Source: an archaeon
GTDB lineage: Archaea > Iainarchaeota > Iainarchaeia > Iainarchaeales > JANQMZ01
Direction: 5' to 3'
DNA: 32,000 nucleotides
Assembly: GCA_028279805.1 (NCBI GenBank)
Contig: JANQMZ010000007.1
Coordinates: forward strand, 450,001-482,000
The position numbers and the translations under genes were made by a program. The notes below the pieces were generated by a model, which had not been told where the DNA came from, did no database searches, and saw only the letters and a list, made by a program, of their open reading frames with translations. Within the stretch, counting starts at the first letter, position 1, and each line of letters starts with the position of its first letter. Below are positions 8,257 through 16,551 of the stretch, one piece after another.

Positions 8257-8883
8257 ATGGTCAGAAAAAAAATTATTCAGAAATACAAAGAATTGTATGA
8301 GGAAGGAAAGGACAGGGAAAATTCTTTGGGACAATATAGTGATTTTTTTTCAAACTTTTTTGAAAACATTTCCTTAAGAGAATTAATTGGGTGGATGGTT
8401 AAAGAAAAAAGCAAAATAAAAGTTTTGGACGTTGGTTGCGGCGATGCAGGATTTTTAAATGATTTGAAAAAACAGTTTGGTGAAAAAGTTTTTACAAGCG
8501 GAATTGATTTGATTGATTTTACAGGAACAGATGAAAAAATAATTGGAGATGCATTAAATGCAGAATGGCCTAAAGAATTTGACTTGATTGTTTCTTTCAG
8601 GACATTACATGAAATTGGCAATTCTGAAAAAATTTTAACAAAAGCACTTGACTCTTTGAAAAAAAACGGAATGGCTGTGTTAAGCTTCAGAATGCAGGAA
8701 TTTGTAAACGGGCAGCTTGATTTTCTGGGTGAAATGAAGCAAGGGGATGCAAGGTTTTTGCAGCAGATTGGCGAAAGAGCTTATTTTAAAAAAGCACAGA
8801 TTGAAAGCGTTGAATCGTTCAAAAAAGAAAAAGGCATAAAATTTTTGAACGGAGTAACACTCATAATGGAAAAAACAGGTTAA
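8257..8883 (+). CDS. SAM-dependent class I methyltransferase
   Basis: KVLDVGCGDAGFLNDL motif I. The internal ATG at 8257 (MVRKKIIQKYKELYEEG) is the preferred start over 8200. Confidence 0.85.
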   Translation: MVRKKIIQKYKELYEEGKDRENSLGQYSDFFSNFFENISLRELIGWMVKEKSKIKVLDVGCGDAGFLNDLKKQFGEKVFTSGIDLIDFTGTDEKIIGDALNAEWPKEFDLIVSFRTLHEIGNSEKILTKALDSLKKNGMAVLSFRMQEFVNGQLDFLGEMKQGDARFLQQIGERAYFKKAQIESVESFKKEKGIKFLNGVTLIMEKTG

Positions 8884-8902
8884 AAACTCAAAGTAAACCT
8901 TT

Positions 8903-8950
8903 ATATATCAGTTTGGATTCCATAGTATAAACTGATATATATCAGTTTAT
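8903..8950. promoter_or_regulatory. Candidate multi-half-site operator overlapping an AT-rich promoter-like element
   Basis: ATATATCAGTTT (8903-8914), 14-bp spacer, AAACTGATATAT (8929-8940), which is part of the perfect 24-bp palindrome ATAAACTGATATATATCAGTTTAT (8927-8950). Confidence 0.65.
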
Positions 8951-9006
8951 CAATCTTGTAATCAGAGGCTTAAAAGCTTCGAATACTGTCGCAGGGGCGA
9001 TTTTTG

Positions 9007-9417
9007 ATGAGTTTGATTTCCTTAACATTCGGAACAGAACAATATCCTGGTTTGAACGCAAAAGGCTCAAATACAAGCGTTACAAAGCCAAATGAAGTTA
9101 ATTTTAAGGGAAAAAAAGGGGTTTTTGAGGTTAAAAAAGTTGACAAATTTTTCGGAACAAAGGAAATTTGCCTGATGGGCAAACTTGTTGAAGGGGTTGT
9201 CGGGCCCGGAATGCAGGCAGAAATTGGTGACAAAAAAATAAAAATTGAAACAGTTGAATCAAAGTATGGTGAAAGGCCTGTTCACAGGGAAGGAACAAAT
9301 GCTTTGATAATGGTTGGCGGGGCAGAACATTCGGATTTTGAAGGAAACGAAACAATTGAATTCAAAAAAGAGTACGCTGTAAAAATCAGAAAAAAAGGAA
9401 AAGTGATAATTTGCTGA
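9007..9417 (+). CDS. Small beta-barrel protein resembling translation-factor (EF-Tu) domain 2
   Basis: FEVKKVDKFFGTKEICLMGKLVEGVVGPGMQAEIGDKKIKIETVESKYG...ALIMVGG resembles EF-Tu domain-2 pattern (GKV.EG.I..GM); no GTPase domain present. Confidence 0.65.
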   Translation: MSLISLTFGTEQYPGLNAKGSNTSVTKPNEVNFKGKKGVFEVKKVDKFFGTKEICLMGKLVEGVVGPGMQAEIGDKKIKIETVESKYGERPVHREGTNALIMVGGAEHSDFEGNETIEFKKEYAVKIRKKGKVIIC

Positions 9418-9466
9418 CTTTGATTCTGTTTAAAAATATTCACATTCTTATTTTACTAATCGATAT

Positions 9467-9784
9467 TTGGTTGGTGAAAAAATAGCGGAAATAGACAAGC
9501 TTACTGGTTTGCCGAAAGAATTGCTTGATGCGACAGAAATTTCAAAACAACAGGAAAAAATTAAAATTCGTGTTGTAAAAAGACGTTTTGGAAAACTTGT
9601 TACAACGGTTTCAGGTTTTGAATCAAAAGACGAAGCAAAAAGGCTTGGAAAAGAACTGAAAAGGAAATTAGCCTGCGGCGGAACATCAAAAGGAACGGAA
9701 ATTGAACTGCAGGGAGAACACGGTGAAGCGGTTAAAGCAACTCTTTTGAAAAATGGTTATACTGAAGAACAAATTGATTTATAA
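9467..9784 (+). CDS. Translation initiation factor 1 (SUI1/eIF1 family)
   Basis: IKIRVVKRRFGKLVTTVSGFESKDEAKRLGKELKRKLACGGTSKGTEIELQGEHGEAVKATLLKNGY; predicted TTG start. Confidence 0.92.
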   Translation: MVGEKIAEIDKLTGLPKELLDATEISKQQEKIKIRVVKRRFGKLVTTVSGFESKDEAKRLGKELKRKLACGGTSKGTEIELQGEHGEAVKATLLKNGYTEEQIDL

Positions 9785-10393
9785 TTTTTTGATTTGCATT
9801 TGTTTTACAGCATCATTAATTATTTTTTCATAATTTAATTTTTTTTCTTCATTTAACATTTCTTCATGTGAAGATTTTGTTGCAGGATGTTTTGGCCCTA
9901 AAAAATCACAAGTTTCAGGCCCTGTGGAAATTTGTAACGTGTTAATTTGTTGAGCCAGATTAACCGTTTCCATTTTATCAAAAGATAATAAAGGGCGGAT
10001 GATTGGAATTTTTACTGCCCGGGTAATTGTTGTTAAGTTTGACAAAGTCTGGCTTGACACTTGCCCCAAATTTTCTCCTGAAATTAAAAAAGAAAAATTT
10101 TGTTTTTGTGCAATTTTTTCTGCAACTCTGAACATTAAACGTTTTGTTAAAACAAAATAATATTTGTGTTCACATTTTTTTACAATTTCTTTAAAGCCTT
10201 GACTTAAATCAACCAGAAATAATTGTTTCAGATTAAGCTTTTTTGCCAGTTTTAACGCTTTTTCTTCTGATTGGGGGCCTAAAAATTTTACCGCCGAAAA
10301 ATGCAGTGCTGCAACAGGTGTTTGTTCTGCAGCAATATGCCCGGCGACAGGACTGTCAATGCCTCCCGATAATAACAATAAGCCTTTTTCCAT
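9779..10393 (-). CDS. ThiI-like PP-loop (adenylation) domain protein lacking N-terminal THUMP
   Basis: LLLLSGGIDSPVAGHIA PP-loop; SGENLGQVSSQTLSNL; ETCDFLGPKHPATK. Confidence 0.88.
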   Translation of the reverse strand: MEKGLLLLSGGIDSPVAGHIAAEQTPVAALHFSAVKFLGPQSEEKALKLAKKLNLKQLFLVDLSQGFKEIVKKCEHKYYFVLTKRLMFRVAEKIAQKQNFSFLISGENLGQVSSQTLSNLTTITRAVKIPIIRPLLSFDKMETVNLAQQINTLQISTGPETCDFLGPKHPATKSSHEEMLNEEKKLNYEKIINDAVKQMQIKKL

Positions 10394-10398
10394 AATCT

Positions 10399-11475
10399 TT
10401 ATTTTTCCAGATGAATTGTCTGGGTCGGATAAGCAAATTCTAATTTTGATTTTTCAAATTCTTTTTTAATTTCAAAATTAATCTCACTTATAACATCAAA
10501 CTTGTTATCCAGATCTGTCACATAATAAATAAAAGTGATGTCCAAAGATGAATCGCCAAAACCTGAAAAGCGCGCATAAGAATCATTATCAACGCCTTTA
10601 TGTTTTTTTGCAATGCTTTTTAAAATCTGCAAAGCTTTTTCCATTTGCTTTGTGCTTGTGGAATAAACCAAGCCTAGTTTTGTTTTGACTCTTTTTTCCG
10701 GTTCGGATGAAATGTTTTTAATTATGGCATTTGCCAGTTTTGAATTTGGAACAACAATTAATCTTTTGTCAAAATCCTTAATGCGCGTATAACGCAGGCC
10801 AATTTCCTTAACTGTTCCCATTACGCCGGCTGCTTCAATTATATCCCCAACAACAAAAGGTCTTGAAGTGAATAAGCTTAAACCGCCGAATGCATCAGCA
10901 ATGGTTTCTTTTGCCGCAAAAGCAAATGCCAAACCTCCAATACCAAGTCCTGCTATAACCGCGGTTAAATCATAACCGAATGAAGAAAAAATTACAACCA
11001 ATGCCAGTACAATTACAATTGCTTTTGAAACTTTTGTTAAAATTGGAATTAACTGGTCATCAAGTTTTGAATCAGTTTTTTCTGTTAAAGGAACAACAAA
11101 AGCTTTGATTAGTTTGTCAATTCCCGCGACCAATGAAAGTGTTATGACAACAATTAAAATAACATTTAAAAGATTTAAAAAAATTGAATCAATTTCAGGT
11201 GAAAATGTTAAAAACTGGTAACCAAAAAATGCAAAAATTAAAATAACAAGAACAGGAATAGGCTTTTCAACAATTTCCAGTAAAATATCATCAATTTCAG
11301 ATTTTGTTTTGGCTGTTAATCTTTTGAGAATGTTATCAATAATAAAAACAGCAACTTTTCCCAGAATAAAACCAATCGCAATGAAAACCAAAAACACAAA
11401 ATATTGTTCCAAAGTGTTTCCAAAATACAACTGATTAAAACCGGGAAAATCAGGCAAATCAAACATGTTAAACAA
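10399..11475 (-). CDS. MscS-family mechanosensitive ion channel
   Basis: AVIAGLGIGGLAFAFAAKETIADAFGGLSLFTSRPFVVGDIIEAAGVMGTVKEIGLRYTRI is canonical MscS. Confidence 0.95.
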   Translation of the reverse strand: MFNMFDLPDFPGFNQLYFGNTLEQYFVFLVFIAIGFILGKVAVFIIDNILKRLTAKTKSEIDDILLEIVEKPIPVLVILIFAFFGYQFLTFSPEIDSIFLNLLNVILIVVITLSLVAGIDKLIKAFVVPLTEKTDSKLDDQLIPILTKVSKAIVIVLALVVIFSSFGYDLTAVIAGLGIGGLAFAFAAKETIADAFGGLSLFTSRPFVVGDIIEAAGVMGTVKEIGLRYTRIKDFDKRLIVVPNSKLANAIIKNISSEPEKRVKTKLGLVYSTSTKQMEKALQILKSIAKKHKGVDNDSYARFSGFGDSSLDITFIYYVTDLDNKFDVISEINFEIKKEFEKSKLEFAYPTQTIHLEK

Positions 11476-11571
11476 ACTGACTTAAAAAAGTTTAAAAATA
11501 GAGTTATAACGAAAAAAATAAAAATAATAAGAACTAAATAATATTAAAAAGTTAAAACACGGGGGTTTTAA

Positions 11572-12225
11572 ATGAGGCAAAAAAGGGTTTTAGCGTTATT
11601 GGCATTAATTTTAATAAGTACGATTTTTCCAACAGGAACTGCATTAAATTTTTGGGAAAATGATATTCCTGAGAATCCGGGTTTGCCGGTGCCAATGAGT
11701 GTTGAAAACCATTATCCAGATAATCTGATTCCAGAAAACCCAGGACTGCCTGAATTGCTTAACTCTGACGTTGATCTTGAACATTGTGATGCGCTGGAAA
11801 GAGGAAGAGACAAGTTAATATGTCTAATAAGAGAAGAGGCGTGGAAAGAATATCACGAAAAAGTGGAAGAATGCAGTAAAATAGAGGATGAAGACGAAAA
11901 ACAAAATTGTTTGGATGATGCCAGAACAGATCTTCTTTACGGTCTTGGCATGGCGGCTTGTTTTGAAAAGTCTGGTGATGAAGGTCAAAAATGCAGAGAC
12001 CGGGTAGAAAAAGAATATCAGGCTGAAAAAAACTATAACAACGCAAAAGCGGGGTGCAGGGCAAAATATGAAAAAGGTTCAGAGGAAAGAAAACAATGCC
12101 TGTTGAAAGCAAGAAATGATTATGTCTATGCAAAAGCAATTATTGAATGTGAAGACAAATATTCTGAAAATCGGGAAAAATTAGAAGAATGTAAGGATGC
12201 TGCACGGGACAGATGGCTAAGTTAA
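11572..12225 (+). CDS. Secreted IPENP-motif protein with cysteine-paired helical repeats (family member 1)
   Basis: Signal peptide; NDIPENPGLPVPM and DNLIPENPGLPELL; four Cys pairs spaced by 10-13 residues in charged helical sequence. Confidence 0.85.
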   Translation: MRQKRVLALLALILISTIFPTGTALNFWENDIPENPGLPVPMSVENHYPDNLIPENPGLPELLNSDVDLEHCDALERGRDKLICLIREEAWKEYHEKVEECSKIEDEDEKQNCLDDARTDLLYGLGMAACFEKSGDEGQKCRDRVEKEYQAEKNYNNAKAGCRAKYEKGSEERKQCLLKARNDYVYAKAIIECEDKYSENREKLEECKDAARDRWLS

Positions 12226-12263
12226 TAATTTTAAAATTATATTAAAAAAAGGAGGAATTGTTA

Positions 12264-12758
12264 ATGAAACGAAAAGGAGTTTTGGCAGCATTTTTAATGC
12301 TTATTTTCATAAGCTCATTTTTTATAACAGGAAACGCGTCCTTAACTGTCGGAAAAACAAAAAACATTGACTTTGAAGACAATTTGATTCCGGAGAATCC
12401 CCAGTTACCACAACTGCTTAACACATCAAACGGCTTGGTAATAGACATTGAGGATAATTTAATTCCCGAAAATCCAGGGCAACCACAAGTGTTGGATCAG
12501 AATTATACTCCGTCACAACAAAAAATTCTTAATGAATATCTTAGAAAAAAAGCAGCTTGTAAAAAAATAAAAGACGAGGACAAAAGAGAAAGATGCATTT
12601 ATGAAGCAAATATGTGGTTCGCTTACAAGATGGAAGTAGACAGCTGCAAGGTAAGATTCAAACACGATGCTGAAAAAAGACAGCAATGCATTGACAAAGC
12701 AAAAAGAGACTATGAAAGATGCCTGGAAAGTCATAAAGGCTGTCCCTGGGCAGGATAA
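12264..12758 (+). CDS. Secreted IPENP-motif protein with cysteine-paired helical repeats (family member 2)
   Basis: AGGAGG RBS and ATG at 12264; signal peptide; DNLIPENPQLPQLL and DNLIPENPGQPQVL; CKKIKDEDKRERC and CKVRFKHDAEKRQQC. Confidence 0.85.
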   Translation: MKRKGVLAAFLMLIFISSFFITGNASLTVGKTKNIDFEDNLIPENPQLPQLLNTSNGLVIDIEDNLIPENPGQPQVLDQNYTPSQQKILNEYLRKKAACKKIKDEDKRERCIYEANMWFAYKMEVDSCKVRFKHDAEKRQQCIDKAKRDYERCLESHKGCPWAG

Positions 12759-12774
12759 CAAAAAAATTTAATGA

Positions 12775-12842
12775 AAAGCAGCCGGTTTAAAAAAAAACTG
12801 GTTTTGCTTTTTTCTATTTTTTTTTATTTTTCTTATTTTTTT
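12775..12842 (+). terminator. Hairpin plus long U-tract terminator
   Basis: AAAGCAGCCGGTTT-aaaaaa-AAACTGGTTTTGCTTT stem (with one G-U pair and a small bulge) followed by TTTTTTCTATTTTTTTTTATTTTTCTTATTTTTTT. Confidence 0.75.
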
Positions 12843-12877
12843 CCCTGATTTTAAAGAAAAAAGGCGTTTTAGCAAGC

Positions 12878-13032
12878 TTTAAATTACTTTTGTTTGAAAA
12901 TTATTAGGTTATACTCTTTTAGAGTGGGGTCTGTCGTTTTTATAATATTTTTCAAGAGCAATGGCTGTAAAAAAGCTGAAAAATGACGATACAGACGCCT
13001 GTGGCTAAAATGGTCAGAATGAGGGTTGTATT
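12878..13032 (+). promoter_or_regulatory. Promoter and structured 5' leader of the rpoH operon
   Basis: TATA-like TTTAAATT at 12878-12885; ACTCT-TTT-AGAGT hairpin 12913-12925; GTCTGT(12929-12934)/ACAGAC(12991-12996) long stem extended by CG/CG and U5/A5. Confidence 0.5.
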
Positions 13033-13263
13033 GTGGCATTAAAAGTTGAAGAGCATTTTTTGGTTCCAAAGCACACTATTTTACATCAAGAGGATGCTGA
13101 AAAAATTCTTCAACAACTCGGCTCCAAATTAATTCATTTGCCAAAAATCAAAAAAAATGACCCTGCGATTAAAAGTTTTAAAGCTAAAAAAGGAAGCGTT
13201 GTAAGAATTGAAAGAATAAGTAAAACTGCCGGCGAGTCAACTTATTACAGGAGAGTGGTTTAA
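13033..13263 (+). CDS. rpoH: DNA-directed RNA polymerase subunit H
   Basis: EEHFLVPKHTILHQEDAEKIL...LPKIKKNDPAIK...GSVVRIERISKTAGESTYYRRVV; GTG start. Confidence 0.96.
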   Translation: MALKVEEHFLVPKHTILHQEDAEKILQQLGSKLIHLPKIKKNDPAIKSFKAKKGSVVRIERISKTAGESTYYRRVV

Positions 13264-14727
13264 ATGGAAAAATGGCCATTAATTAAATCATATTTTGACC
13301 AGGCATCATTTGTTGACCAGGAAATAGCATCATTTAACCAGTTTGTTGATGAAAAATTACCGGAAATTGTTAAAGAAAATGATACAGTTATTCCAAAAAT
13401 TGAAGAAGTTAAAATTGAATTATCTGACATTGAAGTTTTAAAACCAAGAATTGTTGAGGCTGACGGTTCGCCAAGAACAGATTTTTATCCAATGGAAGCA
13501 CGAATAAGAAACAGAACTTATTCCGGGCCAATTTTTATTACAATGAAAATGTTAAGGCGAAATGTTGAACAGGATGTAAGGAGAGCATACATTGGTGAGT
13601 TACCAATCATGCTGAAAAGTAATCGTTGTTGGCTAAACGGAAAAAATGCTGAAGAATTAATTGAAATGGGAGAAGACCCGATGGATTTTGGCGGTTATTT
13701 TGTTGTAAACGGTTCTGAAAAAGCTTTGATGACACAGGAAGTTTTGTCTTCAGACAGAGTTTTAATTTCAACTTCAGCCACAGAAGATGTTATTTCGGAA
13801 GTTATCAGTACAAAAGGAGCTTTTAAGGGCAGAGTCAGAGTTATCAGAAAAAAAGATGGTTCCTTTGATGTAAAGTTTCCAAGCTCTCCCAGAAAGCTGA
13901 GCCTGTTTACATTGTTAAAAGCTTTGGGTTTGGAATCACAAAAACAAATAATGGATGCTTTTCCGGATGACAAAATTGTGAAAAACGATTTGTTACTGAA
14001 CTGGGAAGAACTGGATGTAAAAAAACAGGAAGAAGCTTTGGACAAAATTGGCAAAAGTGTTGCACCCGGCCAGATAATTGATTATCGATTAAAAAGAGCA
14101 CAGGAAGTAATTGACGGGTTTTTGTTGCCGCATATTGGCCAGGATAAAGAGGATAGAATTGCAAAAGCACATTATTTGGTGATGATGGCAACCAAAAGCA
14201 TTGAACAGGCATACGATTTGAGAGATGAAGATGACAAAGACCATTATGCAAACAAAAGACTGGAATTGTCAGGAAAATTAATGGAACATTTGTTCAGATA
14301 TGCATTCAAATATTTTGCAAAAGACTTAAAGTTTCAGATTGACAGAACAATTACAAGAAGAAGAAAACTGAATATTAGTACAGTAGTAAGGCCTGATGCC
14401 ATTACTGAAAGGATAAGGTTTGCAATGGCAACAGGAAACTGGATTGGAAGGGCAACAGGCGTATCAAAATTTATGGACAGGGTTAATTATTTAAGTCCTT
14501 TAACTGACATCAGAAAAGTTAAAAGTCCTTTAAACAAAAACCGTGAACTGTATGAAGCAAGAGATGTTCACGGAACACATTGGGGCAGGTTAGGACCAAT
14601 TGAAACTCCTGACGGACCGCAATGTGGCTTGGTTAAAAATTTGTCATTATTGGCAAAAGTTACAACAGATGCAAGTGAAAAAAATGTTGAAAAAATTTTG
14701 GAAAAACAGGGAGTAAAACTGGAGTGA
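13264..14727 (+). CDS. rpoB2: DNA-directed RNA polymerase subunit B''
   Basis: N-terminal half of RpoB: FYPMEARIRNRTYSGPIFI, GYFVVNGSEKALMTQE, VHGTHWGRLGPIETPDGPQCGLVKNL. Confidence 0.97.
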   Translation: MEKWPLIKSYFDQASFVDQEIASFNQFVDEKLPEIVKENDTVIPKIEEVKIELSDIEVLKPRIVEADGSPRTDFYPMEARIRNRTYSGPIFITMKMLRRNVEQDVRRAYIGELPIMLKSNRCWLNGKNAEELIEMGEDPMDFGGYFVVNGSEKALMTQEVLSSDRVLISTSATEDVISEVISTKGAFKGRVRVIRKKDGSFDVKFPSSPRKLSLFTLLKALGLESQKQIMDAFPDDKIVKNDLLLNWEELDVKKQEEALDKIGKSVAPGQIIDYRLKRAQEVIDGFLLPHIGQDKEDRIAKAHYLVMMATKSIEQAYDLRDEDDKDHYANKRLELSGKLMEHLFRYAFKYFAKDLKFQIDRTITRRRKLNISTVVRPDAITERIRFAMATGNWIGRATGVSKFMDRVNYLSPLTDIRKVKSPLNKNRELYEARDVHGTHWGRLGPIETPDGPQCGLVKNLSLLAKVTTDASEKNVEKILEKQGVKLE

Positions 14728-14732
14728 GTTAA

Positions 14733-16547
14733 ATGAGTGTAAAATCAAAAGTTTATATTGATGGACGACTTGTCGGATTTCACCCAAATCCTGAAAAACT
14801 TTCAAAAGATTTGGTTAATTCCAGGCGTGAAAATAAAATTGACCCTCAGATTAATGTTGCTTTGAATGACAAAACAAAAGAGGTTTACATTAACACTGAT
14901 TCGGGCAGAGTTCAAAGGCCTTTGATTGTTGCAAAAAACGGAAAAACAACTTTAACTGAAGAAATTTTGCAAAAAATTGAAAAAAAAGAATTAAAATGGC
15001 AGGATTTGGTTGAAAAAGGAATAATTGAATACTTGGATGCAGAAGAAGAAGAAAATGCTTTGATTGCAGAAGAAGAAAAAGAGTTAACAGCCGGACACAC
15101 CCATATTGAAATAAATCCTTTAACAATGTTAAGTGTCATTTCTTCATTTATTCCGTATTTGAATCACAACATGGCAGGAAAAGCATTGCACGGAGCCAAA
15201 ATGTTTAAACAGGCAGCAGGCCTGGGGCAGATTAATTATAATTTGAGAACCGATACAGAGGGTTATTTGCTGCATTATCCTCAGAAAAGCCTGGTTAAAA
15301 CAAAAACAATGGATATGATTAACTTGGACAGGCGTCCTCAGATTCAAAATTTTGTCGTGGCAATAATGCCATATTATGGTTTTAATACGCTGGACGCGGT
15401 CATAATAAATGAAGCGGCTTTGCAGAGAAGCATGGGAAGAATGGCTTATTTTAGGACTTATGAAGCAAGCCAGAAAAGATATCCGGGCGGGCAAAAAGAT
15501 GCTTTTGAAATTCCGGATGAAGAAACAGTTGGCTTTTTAGGAGATGAAACTTATGCTGCTTTAGGCGAGGATGGTTTTGCTGAAATAGGAGCAAAAGTTA
15601 AAGAAAAAAGCGCGGTTATTGGAAGAACAAGCCCTCCGAGATTTTTGGAGGAGGTGTCAGATTTTGGAGTTGTGGATGAAAAGAAAAGAGATGCATCAGT
15701 TTCTGTCAGAAAAGAAAAAGGCGGATATGTTGACAGGGTTTTAATAACAGAAGATACAAACGGTTCAAAACTTGTAAAAGTAAAAATTCGTTCCGACATG
15801 AAGCCGGAAGTGGGTGACAAGTTTTCATCAAGGCACGGGCAAAAAGGAGTTGTAGGATTAATTGTTCCGGAAGAAGATATGCCTTTTACTTCACAGGGAG
15901 TAAAACCTGATTTGCTTTTGAACCCGCATTCAATTCCAAGCAGAATGACAATGGGGCATTTGCTTGAAATGCTTGCAGGAAAAGCAGCAAGCTTTAAAGG
16001 AGAACAAATTGATTCAACTCCTTTTAACAGCACTTCAATGGAAGAACTTGAAAAAATGCTGGAAAAAAGAAATGTGAACAAAACAGGCAGGGAAATTTTT
16101 TACGACGGAATTACAGGGGAAAAAATTCAGGGAGAAGTTTTTACAGGCGTTGTAGCTTACAGGCGTTTGTATCACATGGTTGCCCATAAAATGCAGGCCC
16201 GGTCAAGAGGCCCCGTGCAAATTTTAACAAGACAGCCGACTGAAGGAAAGGAAAAAGAAGGAGGCTTAAGATTCGGGGAAATGGAAGGAGAAACACTGGT
16301 AGGGCACGGAGCGGCAATGCTGTTGCAGGAAAAACTTGTTGAAGATTCTGACAAGTCAGTGCAGTTTGTTTCAGAAAAATCAGGATTAATTGCAATGAAT
16401 GACAGAATCAGGAACAGAAAATATTGCCCGGTCGGAGGCAGCGGAAAAATTTACCCGGTTGAAATGGGACACAGTTTCAAGTTATTGTTAGATGAATTAA
16501 AGGCTTTGGGAATTTATCCAAGGCTTGTGTTAAAAGATAAAGCGTGA
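14733..16547 (+). CDS. rpoB1: DNA-directed RNA polymerase subunit B'
   Basis: GYNTLDAVIINEAA-like, GDKFSSRHGQKGVVGLIVPEEDMPFTSQGVKPDLLLNPHSIPSRMT, C-terminal zinc motif region. Confidence 0.97.
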   Translation: MSVKSKVYIDGRLVGFHPNPEKLSKDLVNSRRENKIDPQINVALNDKTKEVYINTDSGRVQRPLIVAKNGKTTLTEEILQKIEKKELKWQDLVEKGIIEYLDAEEEENALIAEEEKELTAGHTHIEINPLTMLSVISSFIPYLNHNMAGKALHGAKMFKQAAGLGQINYNLRTDTEGYLLHYPQKSLVKTKTMDMINLDRRPQIQNFVVAIMPYYGFNTLDAVIINEAALQRSMGRMAYFRTYEASQKRYPGGQKDAFEIPDEETVGFLGDETYAALGEDGFAEIGAKVKEKSAVIGRTSPPRFLEEVSDFGVVDEKKRDASVSVRKEKGGYVDRVLITEDTNGSKLVKVKIRSDMKPEVGDKFSSRHGQKGVVGLIVPEEDMPFTSQGVKPDLLLNPHSIPSRMTMGHLLEMLAGKAASFKGEQIDSTPFNSTSMEELEKMLEKRNVNKTGREIFYDGITGEKIQGEVFTGVVAYRRLYHMVAHKMQARSRGPVQILTRQPTEGKEKEGGLRFGEMEGETLVGHGAAMLLQEKLVEDSDKSVQFVSEKSGLIAMNDRIRNRKYCPVGGSGKIYPVEMGHSFKLLLDELKALGIYPRLVLKDKA

Positions 16548-16551
16548 TAAA

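Noticed and set aside
12225-12240. Palindrome ATAATTTTAAAATTAT between the two IPENP genes as a regulatory site
   Set aside because: Very low-complexity AT palindrome, expected by chance in AT-rich spacer; the two genes look co-transcribed.
12961-13008. 15-codon uORF (MAVKKLKNDDTDACG) in the rpoH leader as a CDS
   Set aside because: Too short and without a clear RBS; mentioned only inside the leader finding.
12884-13069. 61-aa minus-strand ORF in the track
   Set aside because: Motif-free, overlaps the rpoH promoter, leader and rpoH start; likely chance.
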